A stretch of 64,000 nucleotides of DNA, taken from positions 704,001 to 768,000 of the forward strand of contig CAWFGO010000003.1 of the NCBI GenBank assembly GCA_963815455.1, in the 5' to 3' direction. Positions 28,301 through 38,231 of this stretch are shown piece by piece. A model generated the notes under the pieces. The model worked only from the letters and a program-made list of their open reading frames with translations, had not been told where the DNA came from and searched no databases. Every line of letters starts with the position of its first letter. The first letter of the stretch is position 1. This DNA comes from an uncultured Verrucomicrobiae bacterium. Its GTDB lineage: Bacteria; Verrucomicrobiota; Verrucomicrobiia; Chthoniobacterales; UBA10450. A program made the position numbers and the translations under genes.

Positions 28301-31110
28301 CGGGTTCCTCCCGGTAGAGGCGGTGGATAGGTCATCGTTTCCTTTAACCCTGACGGCTCGTAGGTGAAGTCTGTCTCATTTCCATTCCCGTCTCTGACCT
28401 TCGAGAGCAGGCTCGCGCCGTGAACGCCAGCGGAATGATAGAAAAACTGGGTGATCACATAATCGCTGTCCGGCCCTTCCCCGAGCATCGGCACTTTGTC
28501 CATGGTGATTCGATTCAGCCCATCATAAGTCTTGAACGCGGTGGTGCCGTCCGGGCGAATGATGCGGGTTAGATTCAGCCCGTCCTCATAAAAAAACTGC
28601 GTCCGGTGATTGAGCGGCTCACGGACTTCCGTTTTTCGGTTTCGACTGTCGTAATCCGTTTCGGTCACCCAATGCGAGGGACGTGGATCGATCACTCTGG
28701 TCTGATTGCCAACGGCATCGTAAGCGAAGCTGGTTATCGAAGTGTCGGACCCACTGCCGACAGTTGTGGACAATTTACGGAAGTCGCCATCGTAGTTGTT
28801 TGTAGTGATAATGCTCTGCTCCTTCGCGACGTGCTGGCGGACAGAGTTGGTTGTGTGCGAGTACGAATTATTCTGGCTGGTCGGATCGCCGGTCGTCGGC
28901 TTGTAATCGAACGTTTCGAAATGCCCGAGCGGGTCTGTGATTTTGGTCACCCGGCCATAATCGTCATACTCATATCTCGTTCGCTGGCGTAGCTCATTTT
29001 CCTCCCAAATTTTATCCCCGTAAATATTGAACCCGAACGATTGATATCTGCCGTCGGGATGGGTGATCTTGGTCACCAGCCCGCGCCCGGGGCAAGGCTG
29101 ACCAGTATTTGGCCCTTCCACCGCAATGTCGTACTCATACGTCGTCGTGTTCTGGCGCGGATCGGTTTCCGTCTTGACCCTGTCGATCCACGCATTGCCG
29201 GCAATCGGATCATTCGGCTCGTAATAGCTGTAGGTCGTTTTCGGCTCCGACTCGACCGGCGCTGAACTCCAAGTCGGGTTCCATTTCTTGATTAGCAGGC
29301 CGCGCGAATCGTATTGATAATGCACATAAGCGCCGTTCTTCATCCGGTGCCAACTGACTTGGCCGTGGCCGTTCCCGTCGTCGTAACCGACTTCCTCATA
29401 AGCTAGCAACGTGCTGCCATTAGCCGCCGAATCCTTGTAGTCGGTGCGTGTTATTCGGTGCAGGCCGTCACGCGTGTGCTCTGTTACGCTGCCGCGTTCA
29501 TCGGTGACACGATGCACATAGTGCGGATCGCTTTCGTAATCGTAGTGAATCGTCTTCCCATCGGGATGAATGATGTCGGTGATTTCACCGATCCCCTCGG
29601 TCGCATTGGGTCCCCACGCATGACGCATATAGCGTGTGGTGTAGAGGGGATCACCAAGCCCGCTGCTAGTGCGAGCATCGGTAACGCGATTCACGAAGTT
29701 TTGAGAGTCGTAATCCAGGTAAGTCGTGTGCCCCTCGAAATCCTCGTACGATAACAAGAGCTGTGGGTCGTCGCAGCCGCCGCAGGGCTCGTCTGGCGCG
29801 CAAGGTGGCAGCCGAGTGTACTGAAATGTTCGGGTCAGACTTACCCGCGTTGTCTCCTCCCGAGAGTCCCAGTTCCCGGCAACGCTGGAGATGATGGTAT
29901 TTCCGTCAAAGGTTTCCTCCCGTTTTATCACTCCATGTGGAACACTCGAGACCACTCCATTATGTGGATTCCTGATCGTTCCGCTCTGATACCCGTACTG
30001 GATTCGTCGCATGGCCCCGCCTTGATGCCGCATGTCGTCGGCAGTCTTAAGAAGTGGCCATTCTCTTGGATTTGCTTGGCCGTTGACCCACTCCGCGATG
30101 TTGTCTTCCCGATAAGTGTAGATAGCCGACGTGCCATCGCTGTAATGCACTTCGCTTAGCATCATCTTTTCGCGGCATCCGAAAATGCATCCCCCGCCTG
30201 GATAGATCGGGCAATACTGATAGGTAACATTGTCGATTCGGTTCCCGCGGCCATCAAAAGCCTCCACTTTGATGAGCAAGCGTGGATTCCAATAATCAGT
30301 GCTCCATGGGTTATCGACGTACGTAAATAGCAGAAACCGGCCCCCGGGTTCAGTGACTTTCCAAACTTTGCCATAGTTATCATAGTCGATTGTTGTGGTT
30401 TTTCCGAAAGGATCGGCAATAGCAACTGCACGATGACTGGCCGAATCAAAAATGACTGTCCCACCGTCGGCCATGCGAAAATGAGTAGCGTCCTCCCACT
30501 TTTCTGAAGTCCCTCGATCCCAGCCGCACGTGCCGAGCTCGGCACCGCTGGGCATGAAAACAATACCTGAAAAGTCTGGCCGAGGCGCTTCGCCAAGCCA
30601 CATGTACTCATGAGTCCAACCTGGACAGATGCGAGGCGACCCGTCCTCGGGCGTGGTTCGGCTGTTCCAGTAGCGAGTCATTTTAAGAGGATATGCGCCG
30701 ATGCAGCCCGGCACGACAATGTCGTCGATCACGCGCTTGGCATTCCTGGAAAGAGGGTCGTAATTCCCCCCAGTGGTGATCTGCCCGTTGAAAATTCCGG
30801 CCACACCGGTGGGACTGTTCTGGCCAAAAGCAAGTTGGGGCGACCCTCCATCAGCAGGCGCTTCTTCCATGGGACCCTCCGGCTCCTCGGGTGCTTCTGT
30901 GCAGTTAGTCGCTACGACCTCTTCTTGCGCAAACATCCGCGGCGCAGGCATTGCAACCACGAGCGACCCAACCAGTGCGCTCAGCCAGAGCACTCGGGCA
31001 AGATTTTTCGTGCTGAAGTTAACACTCGCCGCGGCGAGCCCGATGCGGAGGCTTCGCGATATTGGAATCACGGAAGTGCATCTTAAGGCAACGGATAACA
31101 GATATGGCAA
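25369..31110 (-). CDS. Rhs/YD-repeat polymorphic toxin with internal dockerin-like and CHB_HEX_C/FN3-associated domains and a JAB-like (DUF4329-like) tip
   Basis: Many YD repeats; FTGREY..YRARAYHPGIGRFMSEDP..NDPWDLSDPMGL; tip E...AHVHTN...SPPD; hydrophobic N-terminal signal; start uncertain. Confidence 0.9.
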   Translation of the reverse strand: MPYLLSVALRCTSVIPISRSLRIGLAAASVNFSTKNLARVLWLSALVGSLVVAMPAPRMFAQEEVVATNCTEAPEEPEGPMEEAPADGGSPQLAFGQNSPTGVAGIFNGQITTGGNYDPLSRNAKRVIDDIVVPGCIGAYPLKMTRYWNSRTTPEDGSPRICPGWTHEYMWLGEAPRPDFSGIVFMPSGAELGTCGWDRGTSEKWEDATHFRMADGGTVIFDSASHRAVAIADPFGKTTTIDYDNYGKVWKVTEPGGRFLLFTYVDNPWSTDYWNPRLLIKVEAFDGRGNRIDNVTYQYCPIYPGGGCIFGCREKMMLSEVHYSDGTSAIYTYREDNIAEWVNGQANPREWPLLKTADDMRHQGGAMRRIQYGYQSGTIRNPHNGVVSSVPHGVIKREETFDGNTIISSVAGNWDSREETTRVSLTRTFQYTRLPPCAPDEPCGGCDDPQLLLSYEDFEGHTTYLDYDSQNFVNRVTDARTSSGLGDPLYTTRYMRHAWGPNATEGIGEITDIIHPDGKTIHYDYESDPHYVHRVTDERGSVTEHTRDGLHRITRTDYKDSAANGSTLLAYEEVGYDDGNGHGQVSWHRMKNGAYVHYQYDSRGLLIKKWNPTWSSAPVESEPKTTYSYYEPNDPIAGNAWIDRVKTETDPRQNTTTYEYDIAVEGPNTGQPCPGRGLVTKITHPDGRYQSFGFNIYGDKIWEENELRQRTRYEYDDYGRVTKITDPLGHFETFDYKPTTGDPTSQNNSYSHTTNSVRQHVAKEQSIITTNNYDGDFRKLSTTVGSGSDTSITSFAYDAVGNQTRVIDPRPSHWVTETDYDSRNRKTEVREPLNHRTQFFYEDGLNLTRIIRPDGTTAFKTYDGLNRITMDKVPMLGEGPDSDYVITQFFYHSAGVHGASLLSKVRDGNGNETDFTYEPSGLKETMTYPPPLPGGTRDTQTWTYDGNKNLIARRAPGGAIQTFAYDSRNRKTAMRWSNGIDFSDFDYDWAGRLTFAQNPYSTVVRGYDDAGRMTLDQQTMPGAAPTPVPLIDRPSVVSRRTHGSAGDFDIALPLTGDPGIESRNGGTYKIVATFQHLVNLNGNAIVSAGIGTVSATTSASTETGGTAITIDLVNVSTAQKLVVMLSVSDGGISDEIAIPMRVLWGDANATGSVTSSDASMIQSQIGQPVSSSNFRCDANVTGDIDNADNKVATVNAGTGIASPPPSTTQAVSYEHDNDGRVRHLWVPGVGYDYTQTYDSLGRLKTILPTGGQSPSYQYGYDEASNVTRRDSFANGTWIDYEPDALNRIGALKVNLPSAMPMPYGTPTTRNWFTREVYGYDMMNRLSSVNRDEDTAAIDWFGYYLDGELQRAEYALPVSSPTPTPSATPTPPPGNQVATPVLNPPGCNLYGVSQSVTVTCSTAGASIRYTTNGTIPSSTNGMLISSGGSFNVGVPLNGEKTVRAIAYKTGMADSTIAEETYSNEGGGQAPQSATRRSLNYALDKAGNRTGEAGVTADGEPFNYEPNGLNQYTIAHGDTSIQNGANHEISAYQGVNYVYLNDTRLARVSMTDASGLHLYRLGYDALGRLVRRTWGDGPGMSVTYYIYDGEKPIYEFDPNGGTPSTNIYGRGIDEILYRSNHGSGQHFMQDHEGSVIAVLGGNGALLEWYRYDAFGAPMSIKDGAGTSFPTTQINNRFLFTGREYIPLFGFYEYRARAYHPGIGRFMSEDPKLFDADDYNLYRYVKNDPWDLSDPMGLAPTVVSPEVDRVSLEALKVVRDISNNNSDGKGVGLERGKTIGPLNGRIQYSKDTSVGEPVNGDMTHQRILYPDPPGGENGKRDSFAHVHTNSNTTDPQGRPDPRGTLTSPPDKNNGDKSNTTVYTTSKDGKITERYRQSDDARQRDHHADSVTERLKNGKWEEVEKRPAVKLPGLQRK

Positions 31111-31358
31111 GCATTTTCTTGAAACTCCCCTCGGATATTTCTTTAATTCCTGTTGTTTCTCATAACATCTGGAATTTCAATTTCCACAAACATGTCCTGC
31201 CTACGGCGGCTTTGCATCGCAACAAGCGCCCCCGGTTAGCGGCACCTATCGGCCACGATTTGATTTTGGAGCAAATTCGGCACGTTCCCCCGGGCAAAGA
31301 TAGGCTTTGCCACTTGGAGAATTCTTCATAGAGTCGTGCGCTTCATCCCCACGCGTTT

Positions 31359-33433
31359 ATGACTTTTATTGCTTTGAGTATTCTTGATTCCGGTGTGCCG
31401 CTATCGATGGTCTGCGCGGTTGTCGGACTCGCCTTTGCCTTTTTTTGATTGCGAGAGTAAGCCGCTTATCAGCCGGCAATGAGCGGATGCGCCAGATTTC
31501 AGGCAGCGGTTCAAGAGGGAGCTAAAGCCTACCTAAACCGCCAGGTGGTTACCATCAGCGTGATCGCGGTCGATTATTTTTCTCCTGCTCTTTTTCTTCA
31601 AAGACCATCCGACCGCGATCGGATTCGTGGTCGGCGCGTTCTGTTCGCTTTCGGCCGGCTTCATCGGGATGCGGATCGCGGTGATCACGAACGTTCGCAC
31701 GACGCAGGCGGCCATGAGCAGCCTGACAGCGGCCTTGCGGGTAGCGTTTAATGGCGGCGCGGTGACCGGCTTGCTCGTGGTCGGCCTCGCCCTGCTGGCG
31801 GTGTCGATCTTTTACACTTTCGCCAGCGAAAATGGTGGGGCACGACATGGCGGTTCGCAGCCTGATTGGTCTGGCCCTGGGGGCGAGCCTGATCAGCGTA
31901 TTCGCCCGGCTCGGGGGCGGCATTTACACGAAAGCAGCGGACGTGGGCGCCGATCTGGTGGGTAAGATCGAGAGCGGTTTGGAAGAAGACGACCCGCGGA
32001 ATCCAGCCACGATCGCCGACAACGTGGGTGATAACGTGGGCGATTGCGCCGGTATGGCCGCGGACGTTTTTGAGACTTACGCCGTGAGCTTGATCGGGGC
32101 GATTTTGGTCGGGGCCCTCACCTTGGCGAACGAGCCCGCTGCGATCGTCTATCCATTCGTGCTTGGCGGTATCTCAGTTCTGGGCGCAATCCTCGGGGTA
32201 TTGTTTGTCAACGTTGCGCCTGGCAAACCGGCGACTGTGCTTATGGGCGCGGTGGCGGTTAGCGCCCTTGTCTCAGCGGTTCTGTTCTGGCCGGCAACGC
32301 ATCTGCTATTTCCGAGCGGGCTCACCATCAGCGGAATTGTGCGCTCCCCCACCCAACTTTATCTGGCTTCGGTCGTCGGGCTGGTCATGACCGCAGTAGT
32401 CGTTGTGATCACCAATTATTACACGTCGATGCATTATGGGCCGGTGCAAAAAATCGCCCGCGCCTCCGAGACCGGGCATGCCACGAACATCATCGCCGGG
32501 CTCGCCGTCGGGCAACACGCCACTGCGTTACCGGTCGGTTTCATCGGCATTGCCATTCTGCTCAGCTATCATTTTGCCGGTCTCTACGGAATCGCCATTG
32601 CAGTGATGGCGATGCTGTCCCTGGCGGGCATCATCATCTCGCTCGATTCATTCGGCCCGATCACCGACAACGCGGGCGGCATCGCGGTGATGAGTAATTT
32701 GCCCAAGGAAGTTCGGAACGTCACCGATCAACTCGACGCCGTCGGCAACACGATGAAAGCGGTAACCAAAGGCTACGCCATCGCCTCAGCCGGATTGGCG
32801 GCCCTCGTTTTGTTTGGATCGTACGTGGAGGAATTGCGCGATCACCTCAAGTTGCCGGCCGAACAGTTCTTCCAATTTTCGCTGCAAGATCCGAAAGTGA
32901 TCATCGGCCTTTTTCTCGGTGGATTGCTGCCGTTCGTGTTCACCGCGTTTAGCATGGATGCCGTAGGCAAGGCCGCCGGGGCGGTCGTCCGCGAGGTCCG
33001 AAGGCAATTGGAGGCGAAGCCGGGAATTTTGACTGGCCAAGATACGCCCGATTACGGCACCTGCGTGGACATTGTGACAAAGGCAGCGCTGCGCGAAATG
33101 ATCGTCCCCGCGCTGCTGCCTCTTGCTTTTGTTGTTGCCGTGGCGGTAATCAAACCGCTAGGGCCAGTCGTCCTCGGCGGCCTGCTGGTGGGTACGATCG
33201 TGACCGGATTATTCGTTGCTATTTCCATGACATCCGGCGGAGGGGCGTGGGACAACGCGAAGAAATTTATCGAGGAAGGAAACCTTGGGGGCAAGGGTTC
33301 GTTTGCTCACGCTGCGGCTGTGACGGGCGACACCGTGGGCGATCCCTACAAGGACACCGCCGGCCCGGCGATTAATCCGATGATCAAGGTCGTGAACATT
33401 GTCGCGATTTTGATTATCCCGATTTTCTTTTAA
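31359..33433 (+). CDS. hppA: membrane-bound H+-translocating pyrophosphatase, 5' frameshifts
   Basis: [58 protein letters not shown]. Confidence 0.93.
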
Positions 33434-33533
33434 CGGAGCATTTAGCTCTGGCCGGCAGAGAGGACGGCCTGCAGGGCCGAAACTACAGAAAATTTAGCGC
33501 GCAAACGTCTGACCGATCTGGTACAAGATCGAC

Positions 33534-33926
33534 ATGCGAGACGCGCACGATTTCCAGATTGTGGCCAACGAGCAACAGGGGGCAAGGCGCGAGGCTCTGG
33601 CGAAGCCGAATGTTGGGGCGACACCTTTCAAGGTCGTGATCGATCCGAAAGTGCGCCTGGAGCTGAGACGCGCGTTGATTGACCTGATTGATTTCCATGA
33701 CGAAGCCCTGGCGGAACATTTCGCCGAAGGCAAACTGGCGCTCGATTCCTACAAGGAATACATCGAGCTGTTCGCCCGGAGCCTGAAAGAGACAATGGAT
33801 AGCCGCGAAGGCGTTGAGTATTTGCTGCGCTCGGTTGGTTTCGATGTGCCCGCCGAAGAGATCAATCTGAATCCGGAATTACGCTGGAAAAAGGGACCGG
33901 CGCCATTCGGCCCAAGCCTGCTGTGA
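33534..33926 (+). CDS. hypothetical protein
   Basis: 130-aa ATG ORF with protein-like composition, co-directional with neighbours. Confidence 0.6.
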   Translation: MRDAHDFQIVANEQQGARREALAKPNVGATPFKVVIDPKVRLELRRALIDLIDFHDEALAEHFAEGKLALDSYKEYIELFARSLKETMDSREGVEYLLRSVGFDVPAEEINLNPELRWKKGPAPFGPSLL

Positions 33927-34025
33927 CGGTATGAAAGCACCGCTTCATTACTCAATCGGCCAGGCGCCTGCTTTCAAAAACATTTGGTTTCGCGATAGTT
34001 GCGTGCCAAACTCGCCTCGAAATTG

Positions 34026-34955
34026 ATGTCAGCTTCTCCACATTCTACTGTGCGCCTGAAGTTTTGGGGCGTTCGCGGCTCCATCCCGGTTCCGGGCCGG
34101 TCCACACTTCGTTATGGGGGAAACACGACCTGTGCCGAGCTCCGGGCGGACGGCGAGGTCATTGTGCTCGACGCCGGCAGCGGTATTCGTGAGCTCGGTT
34201 GCGCGCTGGAAAAGGAATTTGGATCCGAGCCCATCAAGCTCCATCTGTTGCTCACCCATCTCCATTGGGACCACATCCAGGGATTTCCGTTCTTTCTCCC
34301 CGCTTACAATGACAAGAACGAGATCCAGATCATGGGGTACGACAGCGCGAACGCAGGCCTGCACGAGATTTTAAAAGGACAAATGGCCGCGCCATTTTTC
34401 CCGGTCGCACTGTATGACCTGCCGGGGAAGATCGACATCACGAAGCTGGAAAAGATGGAGTTCAAGATCGGCAAGGTGCGGGTGCATTCAAAATTCATGA
34501 ATCACCCGGGAGTCTGCGTGGGCTATCGGTTTGACACGAGCGCGGGCTCAATCGCCTTTCTGCCGGACAGCGAACCGTACGACGCCTTCAAGCTGCATTC
34601 GTCGAGGTCCGATTTGTTGAGCCCCGAGCAGATTCAAAAACGGGCCACGACGGAGCGGGCCGCGCTGGTGGAATTTCTGAAGGGATGCGACATCCTGGTT
34701 CTCGATGCGCAGTACACCGACGACGAATATCACTCGCACATCGGCTGGGGCCACGGTTCGCTGAGCGGCTGCATCGCCTTTGCAAACGATGCGCAAGTTA
34801 AGAAACTGGTGCTCTTCCACCACGATCCCAATCACGACGATGCGATGCTCGATCAAATGTTAAAACAGGCTCAAGAACTCGCGGCAAAGACGGGGAAGGG
34901 GTTGGAGGTTGTGAGCGCACGTGAAGGCGACGAGTTGGTGCTCGGCAAGGCATAG
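34026..34955 (+). CDS. MBL-fold metallo-hydrolase
   Basis: FWGVRGSIP, YGGNTTC, THLHWDHIQG, GWGH, LFHHDP. Confidence 0.9.
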   Translation: MSASPHSTVRLKFWGVRGSIPVPGRSTLRYGGNTTCAELRADGEVIVLDAGSGIRELGCALEKEFGSEPIKLHLLLTHLHWDHIQGFPFFLPAYNDKNEIQIMGYDSANAGLHEILKGQMAAPFFPVALYDLPGKIDITKLEKMEFKIGKVRVHSKFMNHPGVCVGYRFDTSAGSIAFLPDSEPYDAFKLHSSRSDLLSPEQIQKRATTERAALVEFLKGCDILVLDAQYTDDEYHSHIGWGHGSLSGCIAFANDAQVKKLVLFHHDPNHDDAMLDQMLKQAQELAAKTGKGLEVVSAREGDELVLGKA

Positions 34956-35043
34956 CGCAGTGAGACACGATCGAGCGGCTTGGGGTCCGCATTATCGAAC
35001 GAGTTGCGAAAGCGCCAAACTTCGCCCATTAATCTGGTTCCCT

Positions 35044-35117
35044 TGCCTCGTGGTGTAATGGTAGCACAAAAGATTCTGGATCTTTTTGTCTAGGTTCGAA
35101 TCCTAGCGAGGCAGCCA
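35044..35117 (+). tRNA. tRNA-Gln (CTG)
   Basis: Acceptor TGCCTCG/CGAGGCA, anticodon arm AAAGA-TTCTGGA-TCTTT, GGTTCGAATCC T-arm, encoded CCA. Confidence 0.95.
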
Positions 35118-35195
35118 CGTAAAAGGTCGGACGACCTCACGTGGCAAGACTGAATTCCTTGCATCAAGACCGCGTGAGGCGAAGCCTTTTTACGC

Positions 35196-35219
35196 GGTTC
35201 GAATCCTAGCGAGGCAGCC
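35196..35219 (+). repeat. 24-bp direct repeat of the tRNA-Gln 3' end
   Basis: GGTTCGAATCCTAGCGAGGCAGCC identical at 35093-35116 and 35196-35219. Confidence 0.9.
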
Positions 35220-35235
35220 GACTGTATTTTCGATT

Positions 35236-35709
35236 TCAGATTGTCGATTTTCGATCTCGCTGCAGACGAAAGAAGTCCTGCAAAATGGCGGCGCATTCGT
35301 TTTGCAGCACACCGAGCGTGATGTCGCAACGATGATTCAGGGCAGGCTGCTGGAGCAAATTCACGATTCCACCGGCGCCTCCACTTCGGGGATCGGTGCA
35401 TCCAAAAACGACCCGGCGCATCCGGACGTGCACGAGCGCGCCCGCGCACATCACACAGGGTTCCTTGGTCACGTAAAGATCGCAATCGATCAAACGCCAG
35501 TCTCCGACTGCAGCTTCGGCCTGCGTTATCGCCAGCATTTCCGCGTGGGCGGTCGCGTCCTTCAAGAGTTCAACTTGATTATAAGCGCGGCCAATAATCT
35601 TGCCGGCTCGGACAACAACCGCTCCGACAGGCACCTCCTCCGCTTCCCGAGCCTTCACCGCGAGCCGCAGCGCTTCGCGCATGAAGAATTCGTCATTGTG
35701 CACGTCCAT
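35236..35709 (-). CDS. tadA: tRNA adenosine(34) deaminase
   Basis: EVPVGAV, TAHAEM, TKEPCVMCAGA. Confidence 0.92.
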   Translation of the reverse strand: MDVHNDEFFMREALRLAVKAREAEEVPVGAVVVRAGKIIGRAYNQVELLKDATAHAEMLAITQAEAAVGDWRLIDCDLYVTKEPCVMCAGALVHVRMRRVVFGCTDPRSGGAGGIVNLLQQPALNHRCDITLGVLQNECAAILQDFFRLQRDRKSTI

Positions 35710-35765
35710 GCTAATGCTCATTATCCATGCAACCGGTTTCGGCGACGCAGTATGAACTTAATTTT

Positions 35766-36407
35766 ATGAACAGGTTAGTCCTTATTCCCGCCATTTTATC
35801 GCTCCAATTGACAGCTGTTAGCGCGACCGAGCAAGAGACAGTGGACCGCTGCGCGGTAATCATCGGCGAATTCCGGCACATGCCGGAAAAGGGCATTCCG
35901 GGAGACATTCTGCGCAACGCCAAGGGGATTGCAATTATCAGCGTGGTAAAGGCAGGATTCATTTTCAGCGGAAAAATCGGGCGCGGGGTAGTCCTTGCCC
36001 GAACCGAGGAAGGTTGGACAGGTCCATCGTTCATCGCAACCGGAGGCGCCGGCTGGGGCTTCCAAATTGGCGCGCAGGTGACAGACTACGTTTTCGTTCT
36101 TAATGACACGGCTGCAGTGCGCGCCTTTTCGCGTGGAGGAAACATCACGCTCGGAGGAGATCTCAGCATTGCGGCGGGACCGATGGGTAGAACGGCCGAA
36201 GCCAGTGTGACTCGAGCAGCGGCGATTTATTCCTACAGCCTTAGCAAAGGACTCTTCGCCGGAATTTCCCTGGAAGGTGCCATCATCGCAACGCAAAGCG
36301 GCGCCAATGCCCGCTACTACGGCGAGCCAATAAAAGCCCGCCAAATTCTGTTTGGCGACGTGCCGGCGCCCCCCGGGGCCAGGGCTCTGCACAACGCGCT
36401 CCGATAA
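35766..36407 (+). CDS. lipid-binding SYLF/YSC84 domain protein
   Basis: KAGFIFSG..G.G, GWGFQIGAQ, SIAAGPMGR, YSYSLSKGLFAGISLEG. Confidence 0.88.
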   Translation: MNRLVLIPAILSLQLTAVSATEQETVDRCAVIIGEFRHMPEKGIPGDILRNAKGIAIISVVKAGFIFSGKIGRGVVLARTEEGWTGPSFIATGGAGWGFQIGAQVTDYVFVLNDTAAVRAFSRGGNITLGGDLSIAAGPMGRTAEASVTRAAAIYSYSLSKGLFAGISLEGAIIATQSGANARYYGEPIKARQILFGDVPAPPGARALHNALR

Positions 36408-36457
36408 GATCGACAATTTCCTTTACAACCGGGCGCCAGTTTCGTCAGCCTGAGGAG

Positions 36458-36967
36458 GTGCGGCTTTTCGCAGCGTTTTCCGCCCTTCTTTTTTCCCTGT
36501 CGCTGGCTTATGGCCAGGACCAGGAGGGAAAGCTGATGGATCGTCTCCTCCGGCCAAACACGGAGCTAAAGAACAGCGCTCAGAACAAGAAATTTATCGC
36601 CGATCGCAGGTCGATCCATAAACAGGCGACTGTCCGTTCATATTACGTCCGGAAAACATCGAACTCGAAAGGATTTACCGGGACGCGCGATTTTTCATCC
36701 TGGGAATTCAATGCGCGCTCATTTCGCGGAGGCAAGCGCAAAGCGAATTCCGCTTCGCGCAACCAGATCGTAAACTCGCAGAAAAAGTACTCGCCGGAAA
36801 AAACGGTGGATGTGCGCTCGGCTTACGATGCAAAACGAACGGCGACCAACCGCACGTTTGCCGGAGAGCGCCCGTTTCTGGGCAAAGGAAAGAGCCAGAA
36901 GGCGCTCAGCCAGCACGACACGCCGTTGACGGTCGACCAAGTGCGCGACTTGCTGAACAAAAATTAG
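36458..36967 (+). CDS. secreted basic hypothetical protein
   Basis: Signal peptide; ends LTVDQVRDLLNKN. Confidence 0.6.
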   Translation: MRLFAAFSALLFSLSLAYGQDQEGKLMDRLLRPNTELKNSAQNKKFIADRRSIHKQATVRSYYVRKTSNSKGFTGTRDFSSWEFNARSFRGGKRKANSASRNQIVNSQKKYSPEKTVDVRSAYDAKRTATNRTFAGERPFLGKGKSQKALSQHDTPLTVDQVRDLLNKN

Positions 36968-37006
36968 TAGCGCGCCACCGTTCGGTGCACTATTCGGTGG
37001 GAATCA

Positions 37007-38172
37007 TGCAACCGGATGAAGCTCTCGCCGTCCTTAAGCAGGGCGCCGCGCAAATCATCAGCGAACCCGAGCTGCGCGAAAAACTTGCGCTAGGTCGCCC
37101 GCTGCGGGTCAAGCTCGGGGTCGACCCGACCAGCGCGGACATTCACCTCGGGCACTCGATCGTTCTGCGCAAGCTTCGCCAGTTTCAAGAACTCGGTCAC
37201 CAGGCGGTTTTGATCGTGGGCGATTTCACCGGGATGATCGGCGATCCGAGCGGACGCTCCGCCACGCGCCCGCACCTGACACGCAACGAAGTCATGGCAA
37301 ATGCCGAGACGTATCGGGAACAGGCGCTCAAGATTCTCGATCCAGCGCGGACGGAAACGGTGTTCAACGGCGATTGGTTCCGAAAGATGAACTACGAAGA
37401 TGTGATTCGGTTGAACAGCCGGGTGACGCTGCAACAGATGATGCAACGAGAAGATTTTCGAACAAGAATCGACCAGCAGCAGGCGATTCACGCTCACGAA
37501 ATTCAATATCCCATCATGCAAGGTTGGGATTCGGTGATGGTGAAAGCGGACGTCGAACTTGGGGGCACCGATCAGCTTTTTAATATTCTGGTCGGCCGTG
37601 ATTTTCAAAGAGAAGAAGGCATGGCGCAACAGGTCGTTTTCCTGTTGCCGATCCTCGAGGGGCTGGATGGGTCCAAAAAAATGAGCAAGAGCCTTGGTAA
37701 TTTCGTCGGCGTTAGCGAGGCAGCGCCAACAATGTTTGGCAAGCTCATGAGCATCTCAGACGAGCTAATGGCGCGTTATTATCCGCTGCTGTTGGGACGG
37801 CAGTTGCAGAAAGAGATGCATCCGCTGGAGGCAAAAAAACAGCTCGCCCTCGAGATTGTGCAGACCTATCACTCCGCCGCGGTGGCCAAGCAGACTCTCG
37901 ATGATTGGAACACGCGTTTCGGGCAAAGACGGTTGGAAGATGCCGAACTTCCACTTTTCGGTGCGGATACCGAGACTGCGGTGACACTCGTAGTTACCGC
38001 TTTTGCGGAAGCGTTTGGTATCACCAAATCGCGGGGGGAGGCAAACCGGTTAATCAAGCAAGGCAGTGTGCAGGTGGATGGGGAAAAAATTGTCGATCCT
38101 GCGGCGAAGCTTTCGCTCCAGCCCGGGCAAGTCCTCCGCCTGGATAAAACGCACGCAGTCCGGATCAAATAG
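37007..38172 (+). CDS. tyrS: tyrosine--tRNA ligase
   Basis: GVDPTSADIHLGH, ELGGTDQLFN, KMSKS, C-terminal S4 domain. Confidence 0.95.
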
Positions 38173-38184
38173 TTCGCGTACAAA

Positions 38185-38213
38185 CAAAGAGCACGCCGGA
38201 AGCGTGCTCTTTG
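38185..38213. terminator. bidirectional terminator-like hairpin
   Basis: CAAAGAGCACGC-CGGAA-GCGTGCTCTTTG perfect 12-bp stem between convergent genes. Confidence 0.7.
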
Positions 38214-38231
38214 GCAAATGAGTGTGTGTTC

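Noticed and set aside
31359..31840. hppA 5' frameshifts, including one in a poly-T run, as phase variation
   Set aside because: Several independent shifts plus homopolymer context fit sequencing error; cannot be separated without reads
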